NCBI GenBank assembly: GCA_963693365.1
Contig: CAVNZM010000014.1
Coordinates: 1,116,001 to 1,180,000 of the forward strand
Direction: 5' to 3'
Origin: Amoebidium appalachense
Taxonomy: Eukaryota > Protista > Ichthyosporea
DNA length: 64,000 nucleotides
Shown: positions 1-25,021 of the stretch, one piece after another
Position numbering within the stretch: position 1 is the first letter of the stretch
Layout: each line of letters begins with the position of its first letter
Made by a program: the position numbers and the translations under genes
The notes under the pieces: model-generated
The model's input: the letters and a program-made list of their open reading frames with translations, nothing else
The model's database searches: none
What the model was told of the DNA's origin: nothing

Positions 1-142
1 GGGCCCCCCCTGAGGATGGGCTCTGCTTATTATGCATACTCTTTATGTATGGCTTGCATTCTGCATCGTGTTATCCGTTTGTTCTTGTGTACTTCGTACT
101 TTTTGACGCATTCAACCCCCCCCCCCCCCCCCCCCCCCCCCC
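1..142 (+). mobile_element. Dispersed ~110-bp element ending in poly-C, copy A (cut by window edge)
   Basis: CCCTGAGGATGGGCTCTGCTTATTATGCATACTC...TTTTGACGCATTCAA then a C-run; near-identical to 15884-16000 and 20191-20297. Confidence 0.8.
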
Positions 143-269
143 TTATACTTCCATGCAACCGGGCATGGTTGCTCTGTGTCGTGCATCTGGAAACACATAC
201 ACATTTTTCGCTGCACTGCATTAGTTTGCACACACATTCACCGTTTTGCTCACCTTGACGCATACTGTG

Positions 270-385
270 CACATGGCTGATGTTGCATACTTGAATGTTT
301 GCCTTTGCATGTGTCCTGCACCATGCTTCTCATCGATCGTGTATGCGTACTTCGTACCGTGTTCCGCATTCAACCCCCCCCCCCC
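270..385 (+). mobile_element. Diverged copy of the poly-C-ending element
   Basis: TGCATAC...TTGCATGTGTCCTGCACC...GTACTTCGTAC...CGCATTCAA-C-run aligns by eye with copy A and with the minus copy at 33092-33180. Confidence 0.6.
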
Positions 386-690
386 TACACACCACCCAGT
401 ACATCACCACCACCACCACCACTTCACACCCACTTTAGAAATTTTGTGTATGCTCTGCACCATTGCATTGTGTTGTCCTTCATAAATATGTACTTCATGC
501 TTGATGGGATCGATAGGGGAAGTTGCAAGCACTCATGCATATGAGTCTGGAGCCAACGTCTGTACACATGTTATGAGCCGTGTCTAAAACTATTGATGGA
601 CCAAGTATTCTAACATCGATCATGCAAAAGTTTCATCATTATAACATGTAATTACATGCATGCATGCATGCACATCCTCGTACTTTTTAG

Positions 691-825
691 GTTGTTTCCG
701 AAGCTTTTTTTGTTGAGGTGGACCTCCCTCCCTTCCCCCCGGCTTCCGGAGGCCTAGGGCCAACCACCACAAACGTTTTCACATACACACCCATGCACAT
801 TGGACGCGGCGACACGCGAGGTTGA
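691..825 (+). CDS. Possible last coding exon of a gene entering from the left of the window
   Basis: TTTTTAG acceptor ending 690, then VVSEAFFVEVDLPPFPPASGGLGPTTTNVFTYTPMHIGRGDTRG-stop; no homology recognised, phase assumed. Confidence 0.25.
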   Translation, partial: VVSEAFFVEVDLPPFPPASGGLGPTTTNVFTYTPMHIGRGDTRG

Positions 826-906
826 ATCTCGTCTCCAAGGCTATGTACCCACTGGCTTACGTAAGTGGCCAGGCACTACTACGCCACGGGATGTCGCCTG
901 CGCGGC

Positions 907-950
<44 letters not shown>

Positions 951-1180
951 CGCAGGGAAGACAGCACTCAGAGTGACTAGGTTGAATCACATCCACACAT
1001 GCACACACTGATCGACGTATGGATGTCGTCCGGAGCTCTGGATTACATACGTGGTAGTATGAAGGTATATCGGCCATGCATTGTGCAGTGCTCAGCGCCG
1101 GGCTGTGCTCTTCGTCTTTCGTGCATGACCAAAGTTGGTATAACATGTGGCTTGGGCACGGGAACTTGCGTTGTGCCCGT

Positions 1181-1250
<70 letters not shown>

Positions 1251-1744
1251 GGAGGATCCGGGGGGGGGGGGGGGGGAGGGGGGGGGGGAAAGAGAGAATG
1301 AGAGAGAGAGAGAGAGAGAGAGAATGAGAGAGAGAGAGAGAGAGCCTTGTGTGTGTGTGCGTGTGTGTGTGTGTGTGTGCGTGCGCGTGTGTGCATTTAA
1401 GTGTTATGTTAGGTGTATGCGCGTTAGCTCCGAGCATGTGATTGAATATGAACTTGTAGAGCATATATCCTCGTTTAAGCAAACTACATAGCTGTGATCA
1501 ATAAACAGGCTGCCAGCTGCATGGGCACCATACGAACGGGGCTATTATGTAGCCCTGACTACCGCATACGTACATAGCAAGTCCCTATGTCCTAAATTTC
1601 AACTAATGATGAACGATCTGCATAAATAATACATTCAGTTTTGGGTGTCCCCCATCCTTCGTACATTCGATACTATGATATCTGAGATTGGAAACATCAA
1701 AAAAAAGTAAGTAAAAGAAACTTTTAAAGGCCAACCATCATTGA

Positions 1745-1798
<54 letters not shown>

Positions 1799-1814
1799 AA
1801 ACTTTCCTGCCCAA

Positions 1815-2050
1815 TCACAGGCCCAGGGGTGACGTCACACTAGATTCGAGGGTGAGCAGACTCAGGTCGCTGGCTCCATCCTCCCAGCCAACCAGTGACT
1901 CACCGTGCCTGCAGAGAGATGACGTCAAGAAATTGTATCCCCCCCCCCCCCCCCCCCCCTCCCTCTCGAAACAAGAGCGCAGACCAATCATGAATGGATG
2001 CACAAAATACAGGCATGTGAGCATGTTTACATACATGCACGTATGCTTGC

Positions 2051-2132
<82 letters not shown>

Positions 2133-2437
2133 CAAATACACACAGACCGGAGTTTGCAGCCGGGAGGGGGGGGGGGGGGGGGGGGGGGGGGGAGGGGGGG
2201 GGGAGGGGAGAGGTCATGACAATTGGAAGCACACTAACACGCCACGGGCGAGATCAATCTATATTACATGGATGAATTGAAAGAGTGGGGGTCCAGTGTC
2301 TAATGAATATAATTATGTCCACATATACCGAACATTAGACCGCCACCTGTACATACCCCTACACTAATACTACCAAAGTAGCTCTCACAATAACATCCAC
2401 CCACCCACACGGCGTCAAACCCACCCACTCCCCACAC

Positions 2438-2470
<33 letters not shown>

Positions 2471-2913
2471 ACACACGTATAAAACCCCAAGCAACTCATA
2501 CCTGTCAGGGGTGGAGGGCAGTGTGTGCAGAGTCAGACTGCTGCCACTCCCAAGACTCGTCCTGGGCCCCAAACGAAAAAATAAGCCGATATGATCCTTT
2601 CTGCCACCACATTCTTTCTATTTCACAACACCCCATTTCTTTCCAAACCAAAATACGTGCGTAAAACGGGCGCAGTGAAAATGCTTCCTGCTGTGAAGCT
2701 TTTGAAGCACAAACCCATTTCATTGTGTGCAGCAATAGGTCAAGGAAGGGGACGGTGGTGGTGGTGGGGGGGGGAAGGAATTAGAGAAGAAGAGGGAGAG
2801 AGGGACAAAGGATAGATGAGGGTGGGGGGGGGGGGGGGGGGGGGGGGGGGAGGGTTGGGCACAACACACACGCACACACACGACACAGGACACACACGAC
2901 GCAGGACACACAC

Positions 2914-2988
<75 letters not shown>

Positions 2989-3363
2989 CACACACACACC
3001 TGAGACTTCCCGGACCTCCGGAGGAAGGTGTCATGTCGTGTACCCTGGAGACAATTAGACAGATAAAGGTCAGTGAATGAGTGAGCAAGTTGTGAGAGAG
3101 ACAGTAAATGAGTTAAGTGAGTGAGTGAATGAGTTCCAAAACATAGCCCATGCCAACCTATGAGTGAACGAGTGAACGAGTGAATGAGCAAGCCGTTGCG
3201 TATGTAACTTTGTGTTGGTGCGCGCGTGTGGCCGTGGTGGTGAAAGGGTGAGTGGAGGGTTGCACTTCTTAGAGGCTCACACTGCAATAATCCTTCCTAC
3301 GCAGCTTCAGAACCCCCCCATCCCCCCCCCCCCCAAAAGAATGATAGGAGACACACACACACA

Positions 3364-3415
<52 letters not shown>

Positions 3416-4012
3416 CAGGGGAAGAGAGAGAGAGGGGGGGGGGGGGGGGGGAATGTGTGTGTGTGCGTGTGTGTGTGTGTGTGTGTTTGTGTGTGTGAGA
3501 AAGAGAGAGAAGGAAGAGAGAATGTGTGTGCATGTTTGCGTTTGTGTGCAAAAGGGTCGTGCGTGCGCACGTGCATGTGTTTTGCGTGTGTGTGTGTGTG
3601 TTGGGGGGGGGGGGGGGGGGGGGGGGGGATCTCCTACGAGCATGACCCCCTGCATGAGCTAGCAACTGAGGGGCTCATTTGGTGCACAGGCAGGCATGCA
3701 TCCTCCCCTGGGCCACGTGCCTGTCTCTCGCTGCAATGGCCGTGAAAAAGTATTATTAGTGGTGCATGTGCGTAAAGATAGAATTGGTCCCAATGGGAAC
3801 GGGAGGGGGTTTATGTTTGAAAAAACGAAAAATTTGAATTTTCGGAAGAGTGGGATGAGACTATTTAATAGTTATGGGATGGGGGCTTTGGAGTGATAAC
3901 GGCGATGAAAGGGGGAAGGTCAGATATACATGCGTGTATGTGTATGTGTATGCAGAGTGTTTATGCGGCCACACGGTGGTGGGTAACAGGTAGAACCCAC
4001 GCTTCCATTGGT

Positions 4013-4075
<63 letters not shown>

Positions 4076-4929
4076 CGGTGGTGGTGGTGGTGATGGTGAT
4101 GGTGTGTGTGTGTGTTTTCGTGTGTGTGGGGTTTTTTTTTTTTTTTTGTTGGGAGGGGGGGGGGGGGGGGGGGAGGTTATCCATACCGTGCAGCCAGCCA
4201 TTCCTCCTCCACCGCCCTCCTCCTCCTCCACCTCTCCTTCTGAACCTCAACCAATCGCAACACAGCGGCAAGTGACGCCCTCACCCCCCCTCCCCTCCCT
4301 CTCCCCCTCCCCTCCCCATCCTCACCCCCACCCACATCCCCCCGTCCCTCCACCCCCCCACTACCACTTCTCTCTTCATCCCTTTCTGGGATCGGTGGAA
4401 CACGCGATCTCTGATTCCTCGGTTGAGGTTCCGGTCCCAGTTCGGTTCGTGGCTCCGGTACCCGCGGGCTGTACCTGACCCGTTTGGCGGCATTGTACTC
4501 TGACCCGGATTCGAACCTGTCTCCCCCCTCATCATCTATCCGACCATCCCCCGTCCTCTCTCTCTCTGTTTCTCTTTGTGGCCGGGGTTGTTCGGTTTGT
4601 GGTGCCGAGGGCCGTGTGCGACCCGTTTGGCACGTTTGCGGCTGTGTTGGCCCGGTTCGTGTTTCGAGTTGCAGTGCCGGGTCGGGGGATATCGGTCGGA
4701 TGGTTGGGTCTGGCTCTTGCAGTGAGAAGGAGCCACTGGATATGGGTCCTGTGATTGGGGGGGGGGGGGGGGAGGGGGGGTTGTGTGTGTGTGGGTGTTG
4801 TAGGGGGGGTGGGGGGGTAAGTATGGTATCAGTACTGGAAGATTTGTGGATTTTTAGGAGCCTAGATAGGATGTGGTGGTGGTGGGTGAGATGTTGAGGG
4901 CCAGGGTGGGAGCGAAGGGTGGGAGAGAA

Positions 4930-4964
<35 letters not shown>

Positions 4965-5458
4965 TGAAGCACCAGGTTGAAGGCTAAAATTGAGCTGATG
5001 AGGACGAGATAGTTGCGCGTAGAAAAAGGAGGAAGACATCACTTGCACAAAGAATAGGCTGGAGAGAGAAGGGAGGGGAGAGGGGGGAGGGGGGGGGGGG
5101 GGGGGGGGGGGGGAGAGGGGGTTGAAACAAACCTCTGGCCAAAGTCTGGGGAGGGCCCCCCAACATTTGCACAAATGCCCTCTCCGCCTCCCTGTCGACC
5201 CCTCCACCCCTCTCCCCTCGTGCATTCGTAGTAGCCCCCCTCCCCCCCGTCCGTGTGTCTCCCCCCTGCCTGCCTGGCCTCTGCCTGCCGCTGTCTGTGT
5301 CGTCTTCTTCTCGTTTTCGTTTTCTTGCAGCTACAACCATGGTTTCAAGATCGCGTAATGCGGCTTCCGCTGCACGCTGTGTGTTTTTTTGTTTGTTTTT
5401 TTTTTTGAGGGGGGGGGGGGGGGGGTGCGTGCCCATGTAGGTATCTGTGCGTGTGCGT

Positions 5459-5528
<70 letters not shown>

Positions 5529-5834
5529 ATGTGTGTGCGCGCGCATTGCTGGGCTGAAGGGGGGGGGGGGGGGGGGGGAGCGGCAAGGAGGGTATGGGGA
5601 AGGGCAAACAGATATTAGCATATAAAGGTAAACAGTGTTTTTCACTGGTCTAAATCATCCCCACCGTAGCACTAAAAGACCGTGGGGACACACCCGAAGA
5701 AGAGGGGTGTCGTGTGTGTTTGTTTGTGTACCTGGATGAGTGGGTGGGTGGGTGGGGTGGGGGGAGGGGGGGGGGGGGGGGGGAAGGGGGGAGGGGCAAG
5801 GTGAAAAAGTGGCAGAAAAATGAAGGTCCTGACT

Positions 5835-5917
<83 letters not shown>

Positions 5918-6317
5918 ACGTGTCTGTTTTCGTGATGAGTGAGTGGGTGGGGGAAAGGGGGGGGGGGGGAGGGGAAGGGAGGGTGGAGGGGGCTGCAAAA
6001 GGATAGCACGTGTCCAGTTGGTTATAGCTCAGCAGCTGTGCATGTCTACAAACAGTCTAGAAGGCTGCAGAAACGAGTGGAAGCTAGTGGCGATGGTGAT
6101 GTGGTGGAGTGGTGTGGTGGTGGAGGCGATATTGTTACAGATATTGCATTAAAAGTTAATGTGGTACATTTTTAGAGCTGTGTTAACTACATGTTAGACC
6201 GTGATTAAGGTTGATATGACAGTAGAGTAAAGTAGAAAACCAGGAAGGGTAAAGTGAAAAGGGTAATGCCTACGTGTTTGTCTGAACCCTGGGCCGGCAG
6301 GGTAGGCAGGCCCCTTC

Positions 6318-6386
<69 letters not shown>

Positions 6387-7471
6387 TGTTATCCCGCAAT
6401 GACAAGTCGTCCTGTATTGTGGGTAAATGGGTTGAGTGGGGTGAGAGTGGTGGTGGGGGGAGGGAAAGTGTACCCACACAGAGATGGTGGGCTGGAGGTG
6501 GTTCTGGTGCCTCACTCCCTCCCCCCTTCCCCTCAACACACACACACACACCTGCCTCCCATGCCTCTCTCCTCTCTTCTTTCCTCATGCCAAGTAAGTG
6601 TTTTGCATCCCCCCCCCCCAACCACAACCACCACCACCCCACCTCGGGCACCCTAAACCCTGGGCCCTTTCCCCCAACCAAACACAATGAACGTGCTGCA
6701 GCCATATTTACAAAACGTAGCACGCATGTAGAGGTTTACAAGTAAACCGGGTAACAAGCAAGACAAAGACGGAGGCCCTCCCGATCCAACCATCCATGGG
6801 AGCTGGTGTGTGTGTGTGTGTGTGTGTGTTTGGGGGGGGGGGAGGGGAAGGGGAGAGGGAAAATGTTACCCTTCCAAAGACAAAAATGGGTGGTCGTTGT
6901 TGTGGCTGACTCAGTGTGGGTGGAGGATCCCCTCCCACCGGCCCCATTCCAGCCGGCTCTGGCGCCCGTGTTTGAGTAGAATCACGAGGCATCCCATGTT
7001 GTGGTTGGTTAGAAGGTACTCCTTCGAATCCAGGTGGCTGACTTTGCGCGCCTTCTGAAGGGCGTGCTCGTGCTTCCTCACTCCTTTGTGACGGAGGACC
7101 CGGCGTCGGTTTCTGCTGATCTTTAGCCAATCGTTGCGCTTCAGTGGGTGCGCTTGCTCGACCTAAATTGCTTTCTGACCCACGTGCTCCATGATCTCTA
7201 CCCAATGGCTGCCGGGATACGTCACGTGGCGGGAACGAAAACGGCGCCTGATTTTCGGCCAATGGGGCATTTTGAAAGCCACCTGATGGCTGATCCCTAG
7301 CCAATGGTTGCGGGGGTTGAAAGGACAAGGCGGGGGCAAAAGGCACGGTGGTGGGTTCGGATTGGGCTGTTGGCTGTGGCTGCTGGGCTGCCTGCCTGTT
7401 TCGACGAATCTGATTGGATGAAAACATGCGGTGGATTAAATAGAGACAACACCGGAGGACATCTATGTGGG

Positions 7472-7508
<37 letters not shown>

Positions 7509-7693
7509 TTTTCATGAGCAGCACGTGCATGTTAAGGAAAGTCACGGAGGAAGATTTGTTCCAAGAGCACGTGACTGTGTGTGTGTGTGTGTGTGTGTGT
7601 GCATGCTTGTGTGTGTGCGCGTGTCAAATGTACCGTTTTAGGGAGGCGAGTGATTCAGTACCTTTCAACCATGTCTCTCACCCCAAACCGCCC

Positions 7694-7726
<33 letters not shown>

Positions 7727-7943
7727 CCCCCCCAGTCTACCCCCATGACACTCATCCCATCCACAAGTTCATTTGCCGACTACTCAGATTCTCCATTCTC
7801 CATCTTTACCACCCTCCCCCCCCTACCCCCCTCCCCCCCCCCCTTCCACACCCCCCCCGGACCACCACTCCCGCTTCCCCCGCAGTCTACATGTCATACT
7901 TTGTTCTAGGCTCTCCCCCACCAACCAATCTTATGAATCACAG

Positions 7944-7985
<42 letters not shown>

Positions 7986-10375
7986 AGCATAATTACACAT
8001 GCACACGTTACACTTAACACACACCTTGACATATGAATTACACAAATATACACCCATAGATACACCTACAACACACACACATAACAACACAAACACATGC
8101 CAAAACATTCACACACTGCACACTATACACCCCTTACATTCACCCCCATATCAATGCCCACACCTCTACATTCCTATACCACTACACCCACCCACCCACC
8201 CATTCACCCACACCCACGCACAGCCACCCCCCCCCCCCCCCCCCCCCCCTCCCCCCCCCCCCACACACAAACACACACACACATACACACATACACACAC
8301 ACGCACACGCACACGCACGCACGCACACACCCATGACAGTGCCACCCTGTGTCTCTCCCCTGCCCGGTGGCTCATAAGGCGCCGGGCCTCCTCAATCCGT
8401 GCCCTTTCCCTTGCCTGTGAACCAATAAAAATAGACATCAGATGTAATAGAATATGCAAATAGGCTCCGGTAAACACAGTGCACATAGACTCAGTTGGAT
8501 ACACATGGTGAAAAAGCAAAAAATGCTGGGCAAACGAGGTATCTGGTGAAGGAAGCAAGCTGTTGGATGTTTGGCAACAGCTCAACTGTGGTTGGGGATG
8601 AGTTGGGGGGGGGGGGGGGGGGGGGGGGGGGAGGGGGGGTTGACCGTAACAACGATGGCAGTTGTGTGTGTCTGGGGGGGGGGGGGGGGGGGGGGGGAGG
8701 CCCCGAATAAGAGAGAGATCGAACCCCCCCACCCCCCCCCACCCCCGCAACACGCACACACAGATACTCCCCCCTCCAAATTCCTACATACGACCCCCCT
8801 CCCCCGGGCCACACTTCCACTCTACCTCTACCGTACCCACCCACCCTCTCCTCCCCTCTCCCCGGGCGGAATTGGTCCCCTGCCTGTCCCCTCCCCCCAC
8901 CCAACACACACACACACACACACACACACAACACCTGCACGCTCACACACTCCACTCACATGCTCCTCTCTTTTCTGTGCCGCTGCACGGTGAGCCTCAC
9001 CGAACGCATTTTCACAGGCAGGACACCCCTGGTTGGGATATAACCGTCAGCAGATATATTTGGGATATATCGGCAAATATGTTTGATCCAAGATATCAAA
9101 CACAGAAGATGATGGTCAGGATTGTAAAGGATGACATGGTGCTGATGCTTGGCCCCCTCCCCCTCCCCCCTCCTCCCCCGGCACCCTCTTCTTCTCCCTG
9201 AACTTTTCTTCTCTATTTCTTTAGTTTTTCCTTCCTTCCTTCTTTCTCTCTTTCTTTTTTAGGGAAGAGGGAAAGGGGGGGGTGGGTAGGGGGGGGGGGG
9301 GGGGGGGGGGGGGGGGGAGCACGAGAGCGAGAGGAGAAGAGGGAGAGAGGGATAGACAGAGAGATGAAGGAAAAGGAAAAGGAGGGGGGAGGGGGAGGGG
9401 GGAGGGGGCAAGCGGGAGAGAGGGGAGAAGGGAGGGAGGAAGGAAGGGAGAGTAACAGAGAGGGAAAGTGGGAGGGAGGAAGGGAGGGGAAGAGAGGGTA
9501 GGACGGATGCAAGAAGGGGAGGGAGGGAGGGAGGGAAGGAGAAAGAGAGCTAGAGAGGAAGGAGATAAGTAAGGAAGAAGGGGGAGAGGGGGAGAGGGGG
9601 GGGGGGGAAGGGGGGGGGGGATAAAGAGGGAGCATATGGGTGAGACAGGAAACGGCAGGGCAAGGGGGGGGGGGGGGGGGGGGAGGTGTTGTTGTTTTGG
9701 TGGTGATCTCATGAACGACAACGGACGTGTGGAATGAAGGGAGAGTGGCGGGCTTATAACGAAGCTGAAACATAATGAAAGATGGGGAGGAGGTGGGTTA
9801 AGGGTGAGAAGCGTATTAATGCAAATCAACCGAGGGGATAGGATCATGGACGAATGGAGAAGTTATGGCGAGTGGGTGATAGTTGGCAAAAAGAAAAGTA
9901 GAGACAAAAGCGGAAGGGAGATGGTGCGTGCTTGCCGACGTGAGAGAAGCACAGGGGCACAGCTTTTTGTCACGAAAGGAAGGGGCCGGGGGGCTGGGCT
10001 TAGGGTATATGGGTGGTGGGGGAGGTTTGCAGAGACCAAAGCTTTTGAGGTAGGAAAAGCAAAGGAGCATGGGAGGAAATTGTGAGAAAGGGGAAAGAAA
10101 TAGAGGAAAAAACGACAAGAGGGTAGATGCATTAGAGTAGAGAGAGCGGAAAGAAATGATGCCTCCGTAACCAAAAGATATAAAAAAAATATGTTTGGAA
10201 AGACAGTTTATATATATTAGGGGAACAGTGAGGAGGGGAATTTGAGGGGGGGGGGGGGGGGGGGGGGAGACGGGGGAAGGGGAGGGTGTGTTTTTGTGTG
10301 TGGGGGGAGGGGAGGGAGGGGGGAGGGAGGGGGGAAGAAACTTACGTCGTTTTCGAATCTGTGAGGTGGATTCAT
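1815..10375 (-). CDS. Multi-exon orphan protein (>=622 aa), mostly disordered P/Q/G/R-rich with short helical segments and a basic RKRKR NLS-like motif
   Basis: Phase-consistent GT-AG exons: 9028-8960 (GCPACENAFGEAHR..), 8414-8331, 7409-6870, 6313-6274, 5731-5694, 5376-5133, 4748-4187, 3730-3638, 3044-3000, 2561-2502, 1908-1815 (..VTSPLGL-stop); 1869 nt with no internal stop. Tentative 5' exons 10375-10346 (MNPPHRFEND) and one starting at 9764 are not cleanly phase-joined. Confidence 0.6.
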
Positions 10376-10989
10376 GGAATAGATGTATACAGGCAGAGAT
10401 GGAAATGTAATCTCAAGCAAGGTGTTGCATCAAAATTCTTTCGTGCATCTCCTTCCGTCATGTGTGTCATTATATGCTTTAATGTAAAAAACACTAAGAA
10501 CGGCCTCTAGCAACGTTATGCCGTCCTTTTGGTGATGAAGGAAGGTGCAAAACAAACAAAGGAGTTTGATCATCACGGAGAACTGCCTGTGTGATTTTTT
10601 GAACTATGAAGAAAGGTGGCTAAACTGATCATGATATAAAACGAAACACTATCATTACAAAAAGGACCCGGAACAAAGTACTGTGAAACTCGTGCCGGTG
10701 GATTTACGCAACGCCTTAGTACATACATGCCTGTGCGATTCTTGCACAAAAACGACCACCAAAAGTGGACATAGGTGCAAAAATAAAAACTTTCAGTCTA
10801 ATAATATTTCTGTACATACTACTACATGTCACGCTATGTAGATGCCGATTCTAATTACTCTTAAGGTCAACAGCTGCAGTACAAATAAATATGGTAGAAC
10901 ACGAAAATAAACGACTACAAGTCGACTGTCAGACAGTCAGAACAAGTCCGACAGCAGCTGCCGCCTGTTCAATTTTTGAAGTGCGCGCC

Positions 10990-12100
10990 AACACACGCGT
11001 ACGAAACGCTGATTGGATACTGAATATCGTGAAAGGTTGAAGTGATTGGTCCAGCTTGGTGTACCTTCACAGCTGAGCCTGTGCAGCCTGTGCCTGTGTA
11101 CATGCGTCATAGACCCACATACCACACCGCCTGAGGGTGAGTATTAGTGTAAAACATATAGAAAAATTTAGCATATAAAAGACGTATATTCCTTGTGCAG
11201 AAAAAAACTGTAGCCGAAACTGAAAGTCACCGTGCACCGGCGGTACCGAAGTTAGGCTGAGCAACTATTGGTCGTTATCAACCAATCAGACACTGATATC
11301 TTCTTGGTATGTGAAAAAAGCATTGCGTGATTGAGCACCAACCAAAAGAAATCTTAGTAGCACACTCTTACGCACAACGGTACAAACAACAAGACAGAAA
11401 AGGAAGAATTAATACAAATAGAGATGAAAATTTCTTTGTAAATCAAACTCTTTTGATTAGTGAGTATAAATATGCAATGAAAGGCCTGTGAAAAAATTAA
11501 TTCTCCAGGTCTAGTCCGGTGTACCTGGTACCTATGAAAAGGTACGCCAATCAAACGGTTGAGTGGCACCACTTGTATTGCCGCGGCAACATCCGCCCAT
11601 CATGACATGCCTGTGTGTGCTCTCTGCGCCAGTTGCGCAGAGTTCTTCTGCATCTTGCTGTTTATCTGCTGTCGTGTTTTTTTCGTGCCCTGGTACAGCA
11701 GAGAATTCGGAACCTGTTTTGTCTAAACCTTTTTTTTTATTACCTAAATGCGTAGAGTCAAGCTAGACATTTCGTTATTTATTAAAAGTAACACACTACA
11801 CGCTGCAAAACGGGCCATCTGTTGCTGTGCACAAGATAATCCTTTGTGTGTCAGTCCTAGGTGTGGACAGCAGCAAAAACAACTTGCGCACGTGTAATCA
11901 TAATTTATAAGTACCTCTTATGAGTTGGACTGAGGAAAACCTGACTTCTAAGCCACACTTTCTTTTTGCATGGGTTTAGGAACTAAGTACAAAGTTGGTG
12001 AGAGAAACTGACGGATGTGTTCGTGTTAGAAACCAATCTGTTTGCCTTCCAACTGATTCTCGAGCTTGCGACGTGTCCTTATAGCAACGAAGCCCGAAAG
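10990..12100. promoter_or_regulatory. Probable divergent promoter / 5' UTR region between the orphan gene and FBXW7
   Basis: Free of microsatellites, unlike the introns; several CCAAT/ATTGG boxes (about 11012, 11045, 11282, 11548, 12033). Confidence 0.4.
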
Positions 12101-12218
12101 GGCGGGGTATACTTTCTTTTCAGCTGTGCGAAAAAGGAGATAATTGGAGCAAGAAAGGATTTATAAGGGAGGTTACTTCGTAAACGCTGCGCCTGATTGC
12201 TCGCTGGAATCTTTAACC

Positions 12219-22529
<10,311 letters not shown>

Positions 22530-23155
22530 CTGTACGGGGCAGGAAAGGACATTCCGGGTTTTGATTTGGGATTTTGGATTTTGACTATGGCGATTGTTTG
22601 TGGTGTTTTGTTGGTGGGCTATTTGGTGATGCTGGATTCATTTTTTGCAGATAAATGTGGTAATTTCATGCTACCCGTTGGATTTGGAAGTGTCGTTATG
22701 GATGGATGGTCGGAGTAAATAAAAAAATTAACGTTGTGTCGAAGTAGGTGGGCTGGGTGGGGGAAATGTGTAGTTTTTTTGTGCGTATGATAGGATGGCA
22801 TTGGAGTATACGTATGCTGTGATGTTTGGTGGTATAATTGCACGTTTGGTGTTTTTCCGATTCTGTGCAGAGGATGGTCTAAAGTATTCTTTGGCGTGAT
22901 GCATGTCTCTGGCATAATCGCAATCATCTGATTTTGGTGGTGGGAGGTTTTGTGTTTGTGCCGGCTGTATTCAAAATGTTCATATGCTTGTGGTAGTGGC
23001 CATCATAAACCGGTACATGTATTAGAGTATTTTGTGGAGTATTTTATGCCCGGAACCAGTCTGAGTGGTAGGGGTTGGGTGGGTGCTCTGCTTTGTCGAA
23101 TGGCTGTTGAAATGCTAGTTGAAGTTGCTGTGAGGAGAAAGTTGCGTGTTAGCAT

Positions 23156-23197
<42 letters not shown>

Positions 23198-24562
23198 GGG
23201 GGGAGGAGGATGTGTGCTGGTTACAAGCAAAGGATAGTTATGGTTGTGTATGGCCATCAGGGTGTGTAATAGTATTGTGATGTGACGATGTGACGGATGG
23301 AAGAAACGAAGGTGGTTTCAGATCCCAGGACCTGCAATTTGTAAGTAAAAGACGGTGGCAAAAACTATCACGAAAAACCTGCAAGTGTGCACGTGTCCTG
23401 GCCTTGGAACAGACAATGTGTGCACATGTACGTACATGTGTGTGTGTGAAAATAATAAATGTTGAAGACCGCCGCGAGTGATTGACCGAAACAGTAATAT
23501 TCTAACTATAAATGTGCCCTTTGAGGGGTTGTGAGTTTCATGATCGGGGGCCAGCTCGCCCGGCCGGATCGATGGCCATGGTTGCGGGGGGGTTGACAAC
23601 TTAGGCTTCTGATCTGGAGGGGGAGGGGGAGGGGGGAGGGAGGGGGGGATGTACACGGGCATGCATGGGCCGGATCTACAACTTGCGATGTTGTCTGGCT
23701 GTCACATGTGCACAGGGCAATTTGGAAGCTGAGGGTATATATACCACCAAGGACTCGCCGATCGGGTTCGAGGGGATCAAGATACCACATGGCAGATCTG
23801 GCGGCAAAAGTTTTCCGGAAATTTAAAGGGCAGGATTTGGCGGCCTTTTTCTTTTTCTTTTTCTTTTTTCTTTTTCTTTTTCTTTTTCTTTTCTTTCCTT
23901 TCCTTTCCTTTTTTTTTTTTTTTTTTTTTTGGGGGGGGGGGGGGGGGGGGCCACCAAGTCCACAAAAAATGACAAGGACGGGGGTGCCGAGGGATGAGGC
24001 TATCTTACTAAACTGTGCATTTGTTCACCTATGTCCTCTTTTTTTCCTGTTTATCGTTCATCTCGTATGTATAACTTGAATACCATATCACGCGTAACAG
24101 GAGTATATTTATCACGTGTACGAATACCAATAAGCCCAACATCAATCTGGCAGTCTGAGACATTAAAAACACCACCTCATTCAAACTATCGTGCATTCTA
24201 TCTACAGTTCGAATATTGAAATTGTTTGTACATGTGGCATCTTATCTATGAAATATCTGTGATATCTTGTTAGCTCATATTTTGGAGTGTATCTCAACAA
24301 AACTTTAAAAAGAAAAAATAAAACCAAAAATTGCACACACAAGTGCAATCTTACCACTGCACAAAGCAAATCCACACAAGATATATCTTGCAAACAAAAT
24401 TGAAGGGTGTCTCTTGAACGTGCTTCATACACTATATACACTCCTAGACGTATTTGCTATACACAAGCATTCATATCTCGTAATTTTTACAAATGTGGAC
24501 AAAGAAGTGGAACCGGAACCCTAACAGGCTACAGAACTGCGTGCGTCACTGACTCACAAATG

Positions 24563-24612
<50 letters not shown>

Positions 24613-24882
24613 CCCCCACCCACCCACCCCACAAAGACCCACAACCACCACCGAGAAAAAAGAAAAGAAAATGAAAGAAAGAAAGAAAAAAAGAAAGAAA
24701 AAAAGAAAGAAAGAGACTCCCTCGGAGAGACAGAGAGATGGGAAAAAAGAAGAAAGAAAAGAAAAAGCAAGAAAGAGACTCTCTCTCGGAGAGACAGAGA
24801 GAGGAAGGAAGACAAAACAAAAGCTGACACAAACATAGCCATCAAACCAAATCCAACATCCACACCTCCACCACCGAACAAC

Positions 24883-24942
<60 letters not shown>

Positions 24943-25021
24943 TTCACACCACTACCACACACCACAAAAAGGTTTTAAAAGAAAGGAAAAGCGAATCCGT
25001 GCATTCAAGTACTATCACAGC

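Noticed and set aside
684-1077. Minus-strand gene start (MADIPSYYH/ATSRGVVVPGHL/..) needing 20-nt and 37-nt introns
   Set aside because: All well-supported introns here exceed 150 nt, no homology was recognised, and a plus-strand terminal exon explains part of the region equally well.
11100-11520. Small spliced ORF upstream of FBXW7 (good GTGAGT/GTATGT donors and CAG acceptors on +)
   Set aside because: No coherent reading frame; at most non-coding 5' UTR or lncRNA exons.
23515-23832. GC-rich, GATC-rich island bounded by TGCCCTTT/AAAGGGCA as a transposon
   Set aside because: Inverted match is only 8-10 bp, with no TSD and no second copy in the window.
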